Shown here piece by piece: positions 13,261-24,434 of a stretch of 64,000 nucleotides of DNA. The translations under genes and the position numbers were made by a program. Within the stretch, counting starts at the first letter, position 1, and each line of letters opens with the position of its first letter. The notes under the pieces were generated by a model. That model was not told the origin of the DNA. It worked only from the letters and a program-made list of their open reading frames with translations, and did no database searches. The DNA comes from Phoronis australis. Its lineage: Eukaryota > Animalia > Phoronida. The stretch spans positions 2,128,809 to 2,192,808 of the forward strand of contig NMRA01000008.1 in assembly GCA_002633005.1 (NCBI GenBank), given 5' to 3'.

Positions 13261-13839
13261 TCCGGAATCAACGTTTATTGAGCTATTATCATGGGGTCGT
13301 ATAGTAAAAGTTCCATGTATTTGTTTACAAGCGCGGAGTTCGTTAAGAATCTTCTTGAGTCGGTGACGTGCGTGTGGTGGGTAACAGAGTACGAGATAAA
13401 GTTTTAAGATATAAAGGTAGTTAATTGACGTAAGAACTTTATCCCATTTTGTCTGTTTAAATTTGGCAAAGGTGCGATTCAGTTGAGCTTGTTGTGTGCT
13501 GTTGTAGCATTTGATGAGCCACGATCTAAGCCACGGTCACGGGCAAGAATCGGGATTCTTGCAGTATGTGAACCGTTGTTTCAGCTGACACATATAATAT
13601 CCTGCTTGTCTTGCGGTTGTGTGCAGCCCTGTGTCAGATTAGCTTAGACAGCAGTTTATTATGCTGCTGTCTCAGGTTGCTGTTTTGTGAGGTGACAATG
13701 ACAGACAATGACAATGAAGTTAAAATGTGTGATCGACTATTTTTACCCTTTTTTATCCGGTTTTCTGTGCTAAGTTCACTATTCGGAATCGGCCCTTCGC
13801 AGTTCGGACGCGGATCCAGCGGGAGGTCCATTTAGGATC

Positions 13840-14149
13840 CAGTGGTGGATTTAAGGGGGGAGGGGGGAGCAAGGGAGCCACCCCCCCTAAAATTCTTCCA
13901 GATTTCATTTGGCAGTTTGGGTGCGAATTGGTGACTGGCATATAAGCGCACACCTAGTCCTAGGCGGGCTCGGGGGCGGGCCTTGAACAAACCCCATTTA
14001 CCTGTTTTTTTTTATGGTCATAAGGTCCACAAACTCATAAGTTCATGCCTTCTGCATCCCTACATTTTAGGCAGAGTGCGTATGTGGCGTAATTTGGGTT
14101 ATTCCTGTGCCCTTGCCCCTCTTAACTCAAAATCCTGGATCCGCCCCTG
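13840..14149. mobile_element. hAT5-like MITE with 5-bp TSD
   Basis: Imperfect TIRs CAGTGGTGGATT / GGATCCGCCCCTG flanked by GGATC direct repeats (13835-13839, 14150-14154). Confidence 0.65.
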
Positions 14150-14824
14150 GGATCTGGGGATTGGTGAGGAGTGTGGTGCTTGGATAGGTGAAACTTTTAC
14201 TGTCAAATTGTACACAAAGTTATTCCTTTTTCTGATTTAAATTAATTCTCTGGAAATTAAGGTTCACTTTTGGTTGGAATTCAACAAAATTAATTTTTGC
14301 AAAAGAACTCTGGAAGGTTAGGCTCCACGATTTCTTATCTCCAAAATACTCAGCAACAGTCTTTATTAAATTTCAAAACTGCTGCAAGGGGATTATGTTG
14401 TGAAAAAAATACGAAAGGGAACTTTTTGATAAAAGCTCCCAACCAAATCACGCAGCCAGGGTGCCCAATTGTTTATTTTCCAAAAGGGTGAGAACCTTCC
14501 AGAATTAACAGACAGCTCTATACACCCGGGATCCTCGGATAATGAAGAATTTGAAGTGGTTACTATTTCTGAAACTCCCTTTGCTATCCTGAATCCATTC
14601 TTGCTGTTGTCGTCAAATGCTGTTTAGTGACATCTGTTTTCTGAATTTCATTGGTTTAGACTACATTGTCCACCTCCAAAAACCCCAGTGACGAATATGT
14701 TGCACATTGCATATGGGCCCTTTCTTGATGTTAGGTTGGGTAGTGAACCAAGGTGTCAATCGTGTTGTTTTCTATCCTTGCTTGTGTTCAGCTAAACTGC
14801 ATGATAGAGGTGTTGTCTTTACAG

Positions 14825-17800
14825 ATGACAAGATCGACCAGAGCAAGGACTCCGGCCAAGTCTGCGAGTTCACATAGCATAAGTGTGAGACAATCAAGAA
14901 AGTCTGTTACCAAGACCAAAGTCTTATCAAAGTATATGGAACTTTTTGCATTTGTATATGGAACTTTTTGCATTTGAGCAATAAATTCCTTCAATTTGGG
15001 GCATAAATCCTATACTAAAATTGTTGTTTTCAATTTCTTACTTACTGAAACACTGCAAATGCTCAAAATATTACCATTTTTGTAAACAATGTACAATACT
15101 TTTAAAGAGACATTGGTTTTTAGGCCAAAAATGCATTTTCAGGATTGTTTTTGGTTAGAATTGAGATCTAGAAGTTATTAGCTTTGACCGGAGCTGTAAG
15201 ACAATGAGATCTATTGTGTCCAGTGTTTTGCCATGTTTAACTGGCTGAAAATACAAAAAGCAAATGAGGCCATTTTCTCTCATAAAATATTTACTGGTTG
15301 CGCGATAGGATTCTATTTTCAAACCATCAGCAACTCAAGAAAACGCTTCAAAGTTAATTATTGGTATTGGCTAATCCTAAAATTAAGAATTAGAAAATTG
15401 TATGTATGCATTGCCGTTGGAAACGGAAATGGAATCCTTTCACGCTAAGGAATGTTAGCAGAATAATTTAATGAAAATAAAATTTTGAATTTGGTTTTTT
15501 TGCTTTTCACCCAGCAAAAGATGGTGAAACTGAAATGCAGCTTTAACGATTTTACTACAAATTCCAATTTCTCGCCATTGTCTGCCCAACATTCACTAAG
15601 ATTGGTGACTATTCAAATCAGGTGGGGTTGAGCTCTGCCAGCAGAAGTTTGGGCTGTGACCGTGTGGTGGCGGGCTCAATTCCGTTCTGAGGTTGATCAC
15701 GGCAAACCATTTTTCTCATGAATTATTATTTATAAAAATAATGTTGTTAATATTAAACTGTTTGTTGAAGGGTTTTCAAGAAGTCTCCATCCAAGTCTCC
15801 TGCATGGAGGAATGCAGACGATGTTTTGCTTTCTTCTCCTAAGCCGAGTCCACCTCGAAGACCAACCACAAGAAGGTAACTATTGAAAACAGTGACGAAC
15901 TTGTCTTAAAGTGCTTAAAACCACCATTTACCATGTTTTGACAAGTGACTACACTGTCACCATAATTTAACTTTAGCACTGTGTATCACAATCGTGAATT
16001 CAATATCCCAAAAAAACTAAAATTGCCACTAGGGGGCACACCGGAAGTCTGATCCGTCTGAAAGTTTGCTCATGCTGTCCCATTCATGAATGGAACATGT
16101 GTGCCAAATTTCATGAACGTATGTCACAAAGGGTTTTGGAGATAGAGCAGCGGACGCCGGACGGAGATGACGGCATAATGCGTCCACATATAAATATGTG
16201 GGCGCATAATAACCACTGGAAATAAGCAGCAATATCTGACGATTTTCCACACTAAACACAATGGAGGGTGACTGGTGCTGCGATTGAATGTCCAATTCTA
16301 CATACAAGTTGCCAATGAATACAACTGCACTTTTTTAGCATAGATTACCGGTATGTTAAAATAGCACTGTCGTGTATTTCCAGCTATAAATGAGCATAGT
16401 TAGGAACATGCAAATATGTCTTTAAGTAAACTAGTGAACTGAACCAGTATATGTCTCAACATGATGAAAGAAATTGTCAAAATGCTAATCTTAATTATTT
16501 TAAGGATTTAGTATGGGGGGGGGAGATTTCCCCTCAAACAATTCCCCTCTCAAGACACAGGCAAAATTTACCAAATTAGTAAACTTTAATATTCAGGTCT
16601 TTTACTTTTTGACACTCTTTGCAGTTTTGAACACCAATTGCTGTTTAGAGTTTAGGTTGATTCACATGAACTTTTGAAGTCACATAGTTCAGGAACCAAT
16701 TCTCAGATTGTTGATTTCCCTTCAGCATAGATATAAGATTTCAAAAATGAAGGTCTGGATAGCTGATATCTCTGTCATTTAAGGTTAAGAATAAATCTGG
16801 TAAACCATTCCCTGTGAATTGAAAATAGGACGTTATAGTTCAAACATGAGGTCGATCACTGTTTGTTCAAAGCAAAAAATGACAATTTCCCCAAAAAATG
16901 GAGGTTACATGTTTATAAGCAGTTGTGTAATGTTTGAAGGTTATGGAATGATTTTTTTCAGTCATCTGGATTCAGAAAACATATTTTAGGGGTGAAAATG
17001 GGTAATCAAAAAGTCATAGTTAAAACTTTGTGCTCAAAATGAATTCTCTTTTATCAGCTAACCTGTCAAGCTTAAATATTATTATTAACTTCATTAAAAT
17101 TAACATTTTCTTTCAAATTTGCTCTGTGTTCTATGATGGTTGTTGAATGTGTTACGGTATTTCACACTTTCAGTTGTGTCGGCAAAATGTGAAATTTGAG
17201 CGAAGTTGGTGATGTATGGTTGGCAGTGTTTTGTGTTAGTGTTGAAACTTGTGTAAACCTGCCCTTCATTCGCAAAATGACTTTGGATTTAGACCATATA
17301 AAGTTATGAAATTGGCCATAACTTGTTCCTTACACAAATTAGAGACAATTTTTGACCTGGAAGACTGAAAATAACTGTAGTTTGTTACTGATCGAAACAA
17401 GTCTAAACAGGCTGATATGTCATGGCAGGACATTTTATTCGTCCAGCAGGGTATCACGAAATCATGAACTACCACTTCAGTTCAAGCCCAGAATACATGC
17501 CTAAGCTGAATGAGACTGGTTTTATTGCCATAAATGATCCAAGTCTAAAGTTTAAATACATTCATCTTTTCAGGATGTCCGTGTATCTTCAAGCCAAACA
17601 TGGCAAGTCACTGTTATCTCCTGCCAAGAGTCTCAGCACCACCAGAGTTCGCCAACAGTCTAGAGGTGCAAGTCAGGTGATAAAAAGGCAGAACAGAAAG
17701 GTTTCTGAGACCGATGTCCAAACCTCCCAAGAAAGAAAGACGTCAGAATCAACGATTTCTTCAGGTTCTACTTCCAAACTCAGCACTGTCAAGATGCCAT

Positions 17801-18519
17801 CTACAGCTTCGCGGAAAACCTCCACTCCACGTAAAGGAAGTAATGGAAGGTTCAGTTCAGAGGCATCAGTCGAGCAACAACCACGCGAAGTGAAAAGTAC
17901 AATGCCTGCTAAGAAAGCTCAAACCCCGTCAAAGAAGAAGGAAACTTCAAAGCCACCCAATACCCCTAAAAGAAAGCCCTCGGTGAAACAGTCGCAAGAA
18001 ACATCAGAAGAGCCTCCTAAGACCAAATCTCCATCCAAAACACCATCTGTTGGAAAGACACCAAAGCGAAAACCTAAAACTCCCGCCCCAAAGGTATCTG
18101 CTGAGACCGAGACACCATCCAAGGCACCATCTGTTGGAAAGACACCAAAGCGAAAACCTAAAACTCCAAAGTCCAGGTCCCCCACCAAAACACCTGCCGT
18201 TAGAAAGACTCCGAAGCAAAAACCTAAAACTCCATCGCAAAATGGTCAGCCAAAAACTCCGGCGACAGTTTCTCAAGCATTGCAAGTGAGTATGAATGAC
18301 ACTCCACAGACAAGCAATGTTGCAACGAAAACACCAAGCACTCGCAAACGCAAGCAAAACATTCCCGCCAGTGAAGTGAAGGTGAAAAAGCCCAAGACCA
18401 CACGTCCAGAAGAAGAAATCGGCACGAATGAGCCAGAATCAATACAGTCTCTGACGGTTCCGGGAGGCGATAGTATACAGGAGGAGACACAAAGCAAATG
18501 GACTTGTGCTATACAATAG
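14825..18519 (+). CDS. Uncharacterised ~385-aa basic, Ser/Thr/Pro/Lys-rich disordered protein with C-terminal CaaX (CAIQ). Exons 14825-14931, 15771-15875, 17574-18519
   Basis: Three exons with GT-AG sites and matching phase 2 give a continuous ORF MTRSTRARTPAKS...VFKKSPSKSP...RMSVYLQAKHGK...KTPKRKPKTPK...QSKWTCAIQ*. No globular domain is recognisable. Confidence 0.75.
15905..16300. repeat. Interspersed repeat, second copy at about 38640-39335
   Basis: Shared blocks aagtgcttaaaaccaccatttac...gactacactgtca...ttcaatatccc and agcagcaatatctgac...tggagggtgact. Hairpin tgcgtccacatataaatatgtgggcgca at about 16180-16207. Confidence 0.6.
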
Positions 18520-20982
18520 TCACGTACTACAGTTCTACAAACATATCACTCGATGAGTTTTGACTAGTTCTTAGGCAGGGGAGAGACACAAAACCCATTT
18601 TATCACTCTTTAGTTTTCATCTATTCATGTACAGCACATCATAAACTAGAGATCTGCATTTTTCATTTTCTAGCATTGGTTTAATTTTATGTACAGTTGT
18701 TGATAGCTAATTAGGCTATAGAAATTTCTACACTATACATGTTGAAATTTCCAGCTATTTTTTATATTCTCTATAATGATTGCAATGGAATTTTACATGG
18801 TATTTTAGGTTTATTTGCAAAATACAGGTAATAACTGCACACAACACTGACCCCTGCGTGACTTACAACCTTTGTGTTTGGGTCAAGTGCAACATGTTGT
18901 CTCTTATGCACTTGTATATCGTCCGTTAATTATGTAATGATATGCCAAATCTACACTTTTGGTCATTTAGTAATTAACAGAATTGTACGTTTCTTCATTA
19001 ATTTGGCTTTGTTTCTTCGATTTCGCCAAGTATTCCAGTACATTTAGTTCTTGTTTTTTTGTTTGCCTCTGGCAAACGAGTGTTCGATCTCTAATTTTCT
19101 GGGTTTTGTTTATCTGAGAATGATTGTTAGTGTTTTTAGTTTTATTTTTGTGGTTGTAATATAGCTTATTACTGATTCCGATTTCATCAAATTCAATACC
19201 TTAGTTGGCAATTGGTTTGTTTTTGTTGCAACATTTTTGTCTTAATTATAATGTATATAACAGCTGGGTTATGAAATGCAATGAATGTACTTGTGGATTC
19301 TATTGTGAAATTGGAAAATACAGATAACAAGTGATATGCATTCCGTTATGAGTGTGTTGCACATGCTTGTCCTCAGCTGCATGCTTCAGCTTATAAACAC
19401 GCCAAGAATTATACAACACTTCTTGACTTACCTCAAAATCCAGCTGCTGCCAGGTGGTTTTGCAATTGGCACGTATGTTTTCATATGTTGCAAACCCAGC
19501 AGAATTAACGAGGAACATATTATTCCAACCTTTAAGTGTTTTAGGTCGTAAAAGTCACACTTCTTGTCCAATTTCCAAAATTCAAAAACCTAATTAACAA
19601 ACTGTTCAAACATGCTATTCACAAGCTTTGCAAATGAAATAGTATTGTTGCCTCCAATATAATTATGATGGTCTCGTCCAGAAGATGACAACATCATAAG
19701 CCTGAGACTATTTAATTAACCACAACAGCATGGTGTCCCCAATTTAAACCCACAGATTCTGTGGTGCGCAAACCGGTCGAGTTGCCAAATCTTGACTGGT
19801 CAGGATGTCAGTGTAAGATTCTTTTCATGAACACTTCACGAGTGCAGGGTTTAATCTGTACTCGATAATCAACTAAAAAATTGAGTCGAGTCTTGATTTC
19901 GGAGATTAGACAATGAGCCCTGTTCAACTAGGTTGTGCTTCTAGTTTATATTCTCAACAGATACACAAATCGCAATCTGAATAATTTTTATTTTAGTGAA
20001 ATTTGTAAAACTTTCATTGCACCAAAGCTGCATACTGCAACAGTTTGGTCAAAATAGACCACTACAAACCGGAATAAGGTCTGGGGCAGCAAAGCAACTT
20101 ACAGATTTGGCCATGAATAAAATCAATGAGTTGTGACCTCACACAATCACATGTCACTCCTGAATGGCTGTAAACTGCAGTGTTCTCCACAACAGGAATT
20201 CAAACTCTACTTGAATTTCAAAATTCATGTTAATGCGTTCAAAAGTCAATGTCTATACTGTGGAGAGTTTGTATGTTTTAACTCAGTCTCGGAATAAATT
20301 CATTGAACTTCTACCAAAAGTCCAACATGTCCTGATTTGCTGAAGAAATGACTGATCTCCCAATACTTCAAACTCGTTGCCCAGGTTTTTAAACTCGACA
20401 CAAGTGAGCCAAACTCGTCACGGCAAAATTCAAAATTGACGTCGTAGAAACAAACTTGATTTAGACCTATTACTGATTAAAAATTAGAAATTTCTAAATT
20501 TGCAAAGAAATAACAGTGCATAATTCATTGAGATACCTGTTCAGCACATTAAATGACACTGTGACAAGCCATTTCACTGGTGCTGACTCTAAAGCAATAC
20601 CGAACAATTACTTCTTTCAAAGCCATTAAATCATCTCCAAGACTATTAAGCAATTTCAGACCAATTTCATAATGGTAATTGGTCTAAATTCAAAATTTGG
20701 TTTTGTGATGGAAGGAAGCTATAGCTGTTTTAATCATCTCGGGCGTTCATAGGAAAATGTAATTGTTGAATATGCAAATCACACCTTTTCCACTTCACTG
20801 CCACGCACAACCTACTATAGAACAACCTGCACCATTACAACTTACCCCACATTTAAGTGGAGTGTCCACACACACATCAGATGACTAGGGTGAGGTGGAA
20901 GATGTCGCTCTGTGCATGACAATGACCAGCTGATGAGAGTGCCGGCCGCAAAAGAAAATCCGTCTGTATGTAACCGCAGGTG

Positions 20983-21117
20983 CATGGGCGGCGCACCATA
21001 GGGTGCTATAGCCCTCACTTTTTTCAGTGCTACGCCGCGCATGGTCTATAGGCGATGCACCACAGGGGGCTGAGGGGACTTTAGCCCCCCACTTTTTTCA
21101 GTGCTGCGCCGCCCATG
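20983..21117. mobile_element. hAT5-like MITE with 5-bp TSD
   Basis: Perfect 13-bp TIRs CATGGGCGGCGCA / TGCGCCGCCCATG with AGGTG duplicated on both sides. Confidence 0.7.
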
Positions 21118-21182
21118 AGGTGATAGCTGATAATTACTTCCACCTTGCCCAGCAATTAGAAGTGGTGCAATTGTCTCTAGAA

Positions 21183-21790
21183 CAAGTTACCCTACCCCGA
21201 TAAGGTGGAGTAAGTTCTCACAAGTTACCCTACCCCGATAAGGTGGAGTAAGTTCTCACAAGTTACCCTACCCCGATAAGGTGGAGTAAGTTCTCACAAG
21301 TTACCCTACCCCGATAAGGTGGAGTAAGTTCTCACAAGTTACCCTACCCCGATAAGGTGGAGTAAGTTCTCACAAGTTACCCTACCCCGATAAGGTGGAG
21401 TAAGTTCTCACAAGTTACCCTACCCCGATAAGGTGGAGTAAGTTCTCACAAGTTACCCTACCCCGATAAGGTGGAGTAAGTTCTCACAAGTTACCCTACC
21501 CCGATAAGGTGGAGTAAGTTCTCACAAGTTACCCTACCCCGATAAGGTGGAGTAAGTTCTCACAAGTTACCCTACCCCGATAAGGTGGAGTAAGTTCTCA
21601 CAAGTTACCCTACCCCGATAAGGTGGAGTAAGTTCTCACAAGTTACCCTACCCCGATAAGGTGGAGTAAGTTCTCACAAGTTACCCTACCCCGATAAGGT
21701 GGAGTAAGTTCTCACAAGTTACCCTACCCCGATAAGGTGGAGTAAGTTCTCACAAGTTACCCTACCCCGATAAGGTGGAGTAAGTTCTCA
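21183..21790. repeat. Perfect minisatellite, 16 x 38 bp (caagttaccctaccccgataaggtggagtaagttctca)
   Basis: Identical head-to-tail copies with no spacers. Confidence 0.97.
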
Positions 21791-22896
21791 CAAGTGGGAC
21801 AAGTCGCACTCATTTAAATAGCATCCACACAGCACTCAAACCCAGCAACAACTCGTTTCAGGAGTAAATTGTTCTAGGGTAAGTCAGTGTGTGGACGGCA
21901 CTCAAGTCACTAAAAGTAGTGCCACTCGCATATGTAGCGATCATATTTATCCAGTACCCACACAGCATGTAGAGATAATAGCCAGATGATGGCATGTTAC
22001 TTGTAGTCCCTAAAATCCCAGATTGCCTCATGGCCACTTTGTATCAGGCAAGGCTGCGTAATGCTTTAAAAGTATCCTTTACACTACCCCCAAGTTGACA
22101 TCAGATTCTGTTCAATGTTTAATCCTCGACTTCAAATCGCAAGCACACTTTCATATTTCTTAAATAATACTGTGATAATGGCAAAAAGAATACATATGAA
22201 ACATTTGTATGCCTCAAAAGAATATGCAAAATCTAGGTGTTCATATTACATGGTAAGCATCGGGCAGCAGTCTCTGGCCTCAATTAGACAAATACGATGT
22301 CGTCATATGTTCACGTACTTACCAATTTGATCAATTGTAATTAACGAGTGAGCTGACAGTTAACAGAATGAATTAAAAACAATACCAATAATCCATTTTT
22401 ACAAATTTATTGAAATCAATTTTTTTAACGGTTTAAACGAAGACCATTACAATAAAAAAATCCAATTAATATTAATATGCACTACACGTACCATCATTTT
22501 TGCAAACTGTTTTCAACAACATGTTTCACTAACATGTGTCAGTATACAGAGTAATATAAGTTAAGTTCCCACATGCTCAAATATTGTACAAGACCTGTCA
22601 GAGAAACAGCCACTTCTCAAGAAACACAAAACACCCTCTCCAATTCTAAGAAAAGTACCCACAATGCTGTGCATCAATAGGTACTTGGCCTAAAGAGGGA
22701 AGACTGGGACTACTCAATAAAGGAACAGCAGGCGCACTGCAAGAGTTTCTTTTTTTATTCTGTTGTTAATTAAACAACATTAGTCATTCAAAGACTGAAA
22801 TGGTTCAACTTTTAATGACAGATTCATTTTTACAGCTTGTAGTGTCAAAAATGACCTACAGTGCAAGTGAATTTATTTTTTTGTTAAACTTGAATA

Positions 22897-23110
22897 GATC
22901 GTAAGGCAGTTACATCTCATATCCTAACTGAATGCTTCTTACATGTTGGGATTTGAACAGGCAGTGTTCACAGATCCTGGACTTTTATGACAGGCTTCTT
23001 TTGTTTGGGATGCCAGTACCTAAAGTCCAGGATCTGTGAACACTGCCTGTTCAAATCCCAACATGTAAGAAGCATTCAGTAAGGATGTGAGATGCAACTT
23101 CCTCATGATC
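22897..23110. repeat. Long inverted repeat: 89-bp arms, 36-nt loop
   Basis: 22897-22985 is the reverse complement of 23022-23110. The inner 59 bp are perfect and the outer 30 bp have 6 mismatches. Confidence 0.95.
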
Positions 23111-24434
23111 TTTTCATTTCTGAGTCAGCACTATCCCCCAATGTCAAGGTAGAGCTGGATGGCTCATTGATGTGCTCACACCAACTAAACCAGGTAATTT
23201 TTTCACAAATATAATTTTTATTTAACTGCTACTATTAGCACCAACAGTTGCAATTGTTAAAACCTTCCTGATTTTAGTGGCTGAAGGTAAGGCAATAGGT
23301 TATACAACTATTGCAGCTGCTTGCTATATCACTGTGACGAGGAGTTATAACCTTGCAGCAGTTATACCCTTTACAACCGTTTCTAGGCTTTTAATCATGA
23401 GATGCAATCTTTAGAGCTTGGAATGACCAATGAGAAAAAAAGAGGAAAATTTTCCAGGTGATGTGTCGTTCCACAAATAGGCTTGTGCGATAGACATGTT
23501 TTTTGTGTTGTAAAATTTAACTGAAATAAACATTTTTGCATGAATAAAGTCAAAATAGTAATATAAAAAAGGCGAGAAAAGAGGAAACTAGAAATCAAGT
23601 CGAAACCAAAAACAAGGAAATCCTCTTAAAAGAGGAAAATTCCAAGCCCTGAACCTTTGAACCATGTTTAAAATGGCATTGTTACCCAGAAGAACTAACT
23701 TTTGATTTAAACCACATCCTGCTATAAAATTGGTCTCAATGTGCTCACTTATGAGATGAAAATGTATTTTGTGTTCTCCTAAAGAACTGGCACTTCGTTA
23801 TTCCTCAAGAGCGTGCTTGGCAAATAAAATGAAACGCTGTGACAAGTCCTCTAGTAAAGCCTTGTCTCAAGCAATAAGGAACTGTCACTTTTTTCAAAGT
23901 CAAGAAATCACAAGAGACAATTTTAGACTGTAAAGTGGTCTAAATCTAAAGTTGATTTTTTGTGGCATATGGCAGGTTCAAGGCTGCTTTAAAAGTAACC
24001 ACCACTTTGGTGCGAACAGTAAGCATGAAATTTGGGTTCTGGCGAGGGTCTGGTAAAATGGGTCAATACACTATAATGACCAGCTTACTATGTTCCAGCT
24101 GACCAAGGCAGCTCTAACATGAAACTAGTGGGACAATTCATGGATCACCGCACCTAAGGAAAGTAACAGTGGTGTTGTTGTGCTTCTTCATACAGTAAGC
24201 AATTGTGTGCATGCTTAAAAAGTAAGAGTGTCACCTGCTACAATTTTAAGCCAAAATAGTCCGGCGAATAGCCCTGTTTGGAAGAGTATTCCGTCTGCTA
24301 CACTACGATGCCAAATTGCGAACCACATCTCTAGCGCATTCCAGATTCCAAAGCAGTGTCTCAAACAGACGATAAAATCTCAGGATGGTGGTCGCTGTAG
24401 TGACATGAACTATCAAAGCAGAGCTGGCGATGCA

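Larger units (their letters stand above)
20855..21903. mobile_element. Possible PIF/Harbinger-like MITE enclosing the minisatellite and a nested MITE
   Basis: Inverted ends gagtgtccacacac (about 20860) and gtgtgtggacggcactc (about 21887-21903). Confidence 0.4.

Noticed and set aside
21183-21790. CRISPR array
   Set aside because: Units are contiguous and identical with no spacers, there are no cas genes, and the context is eukaryotic.
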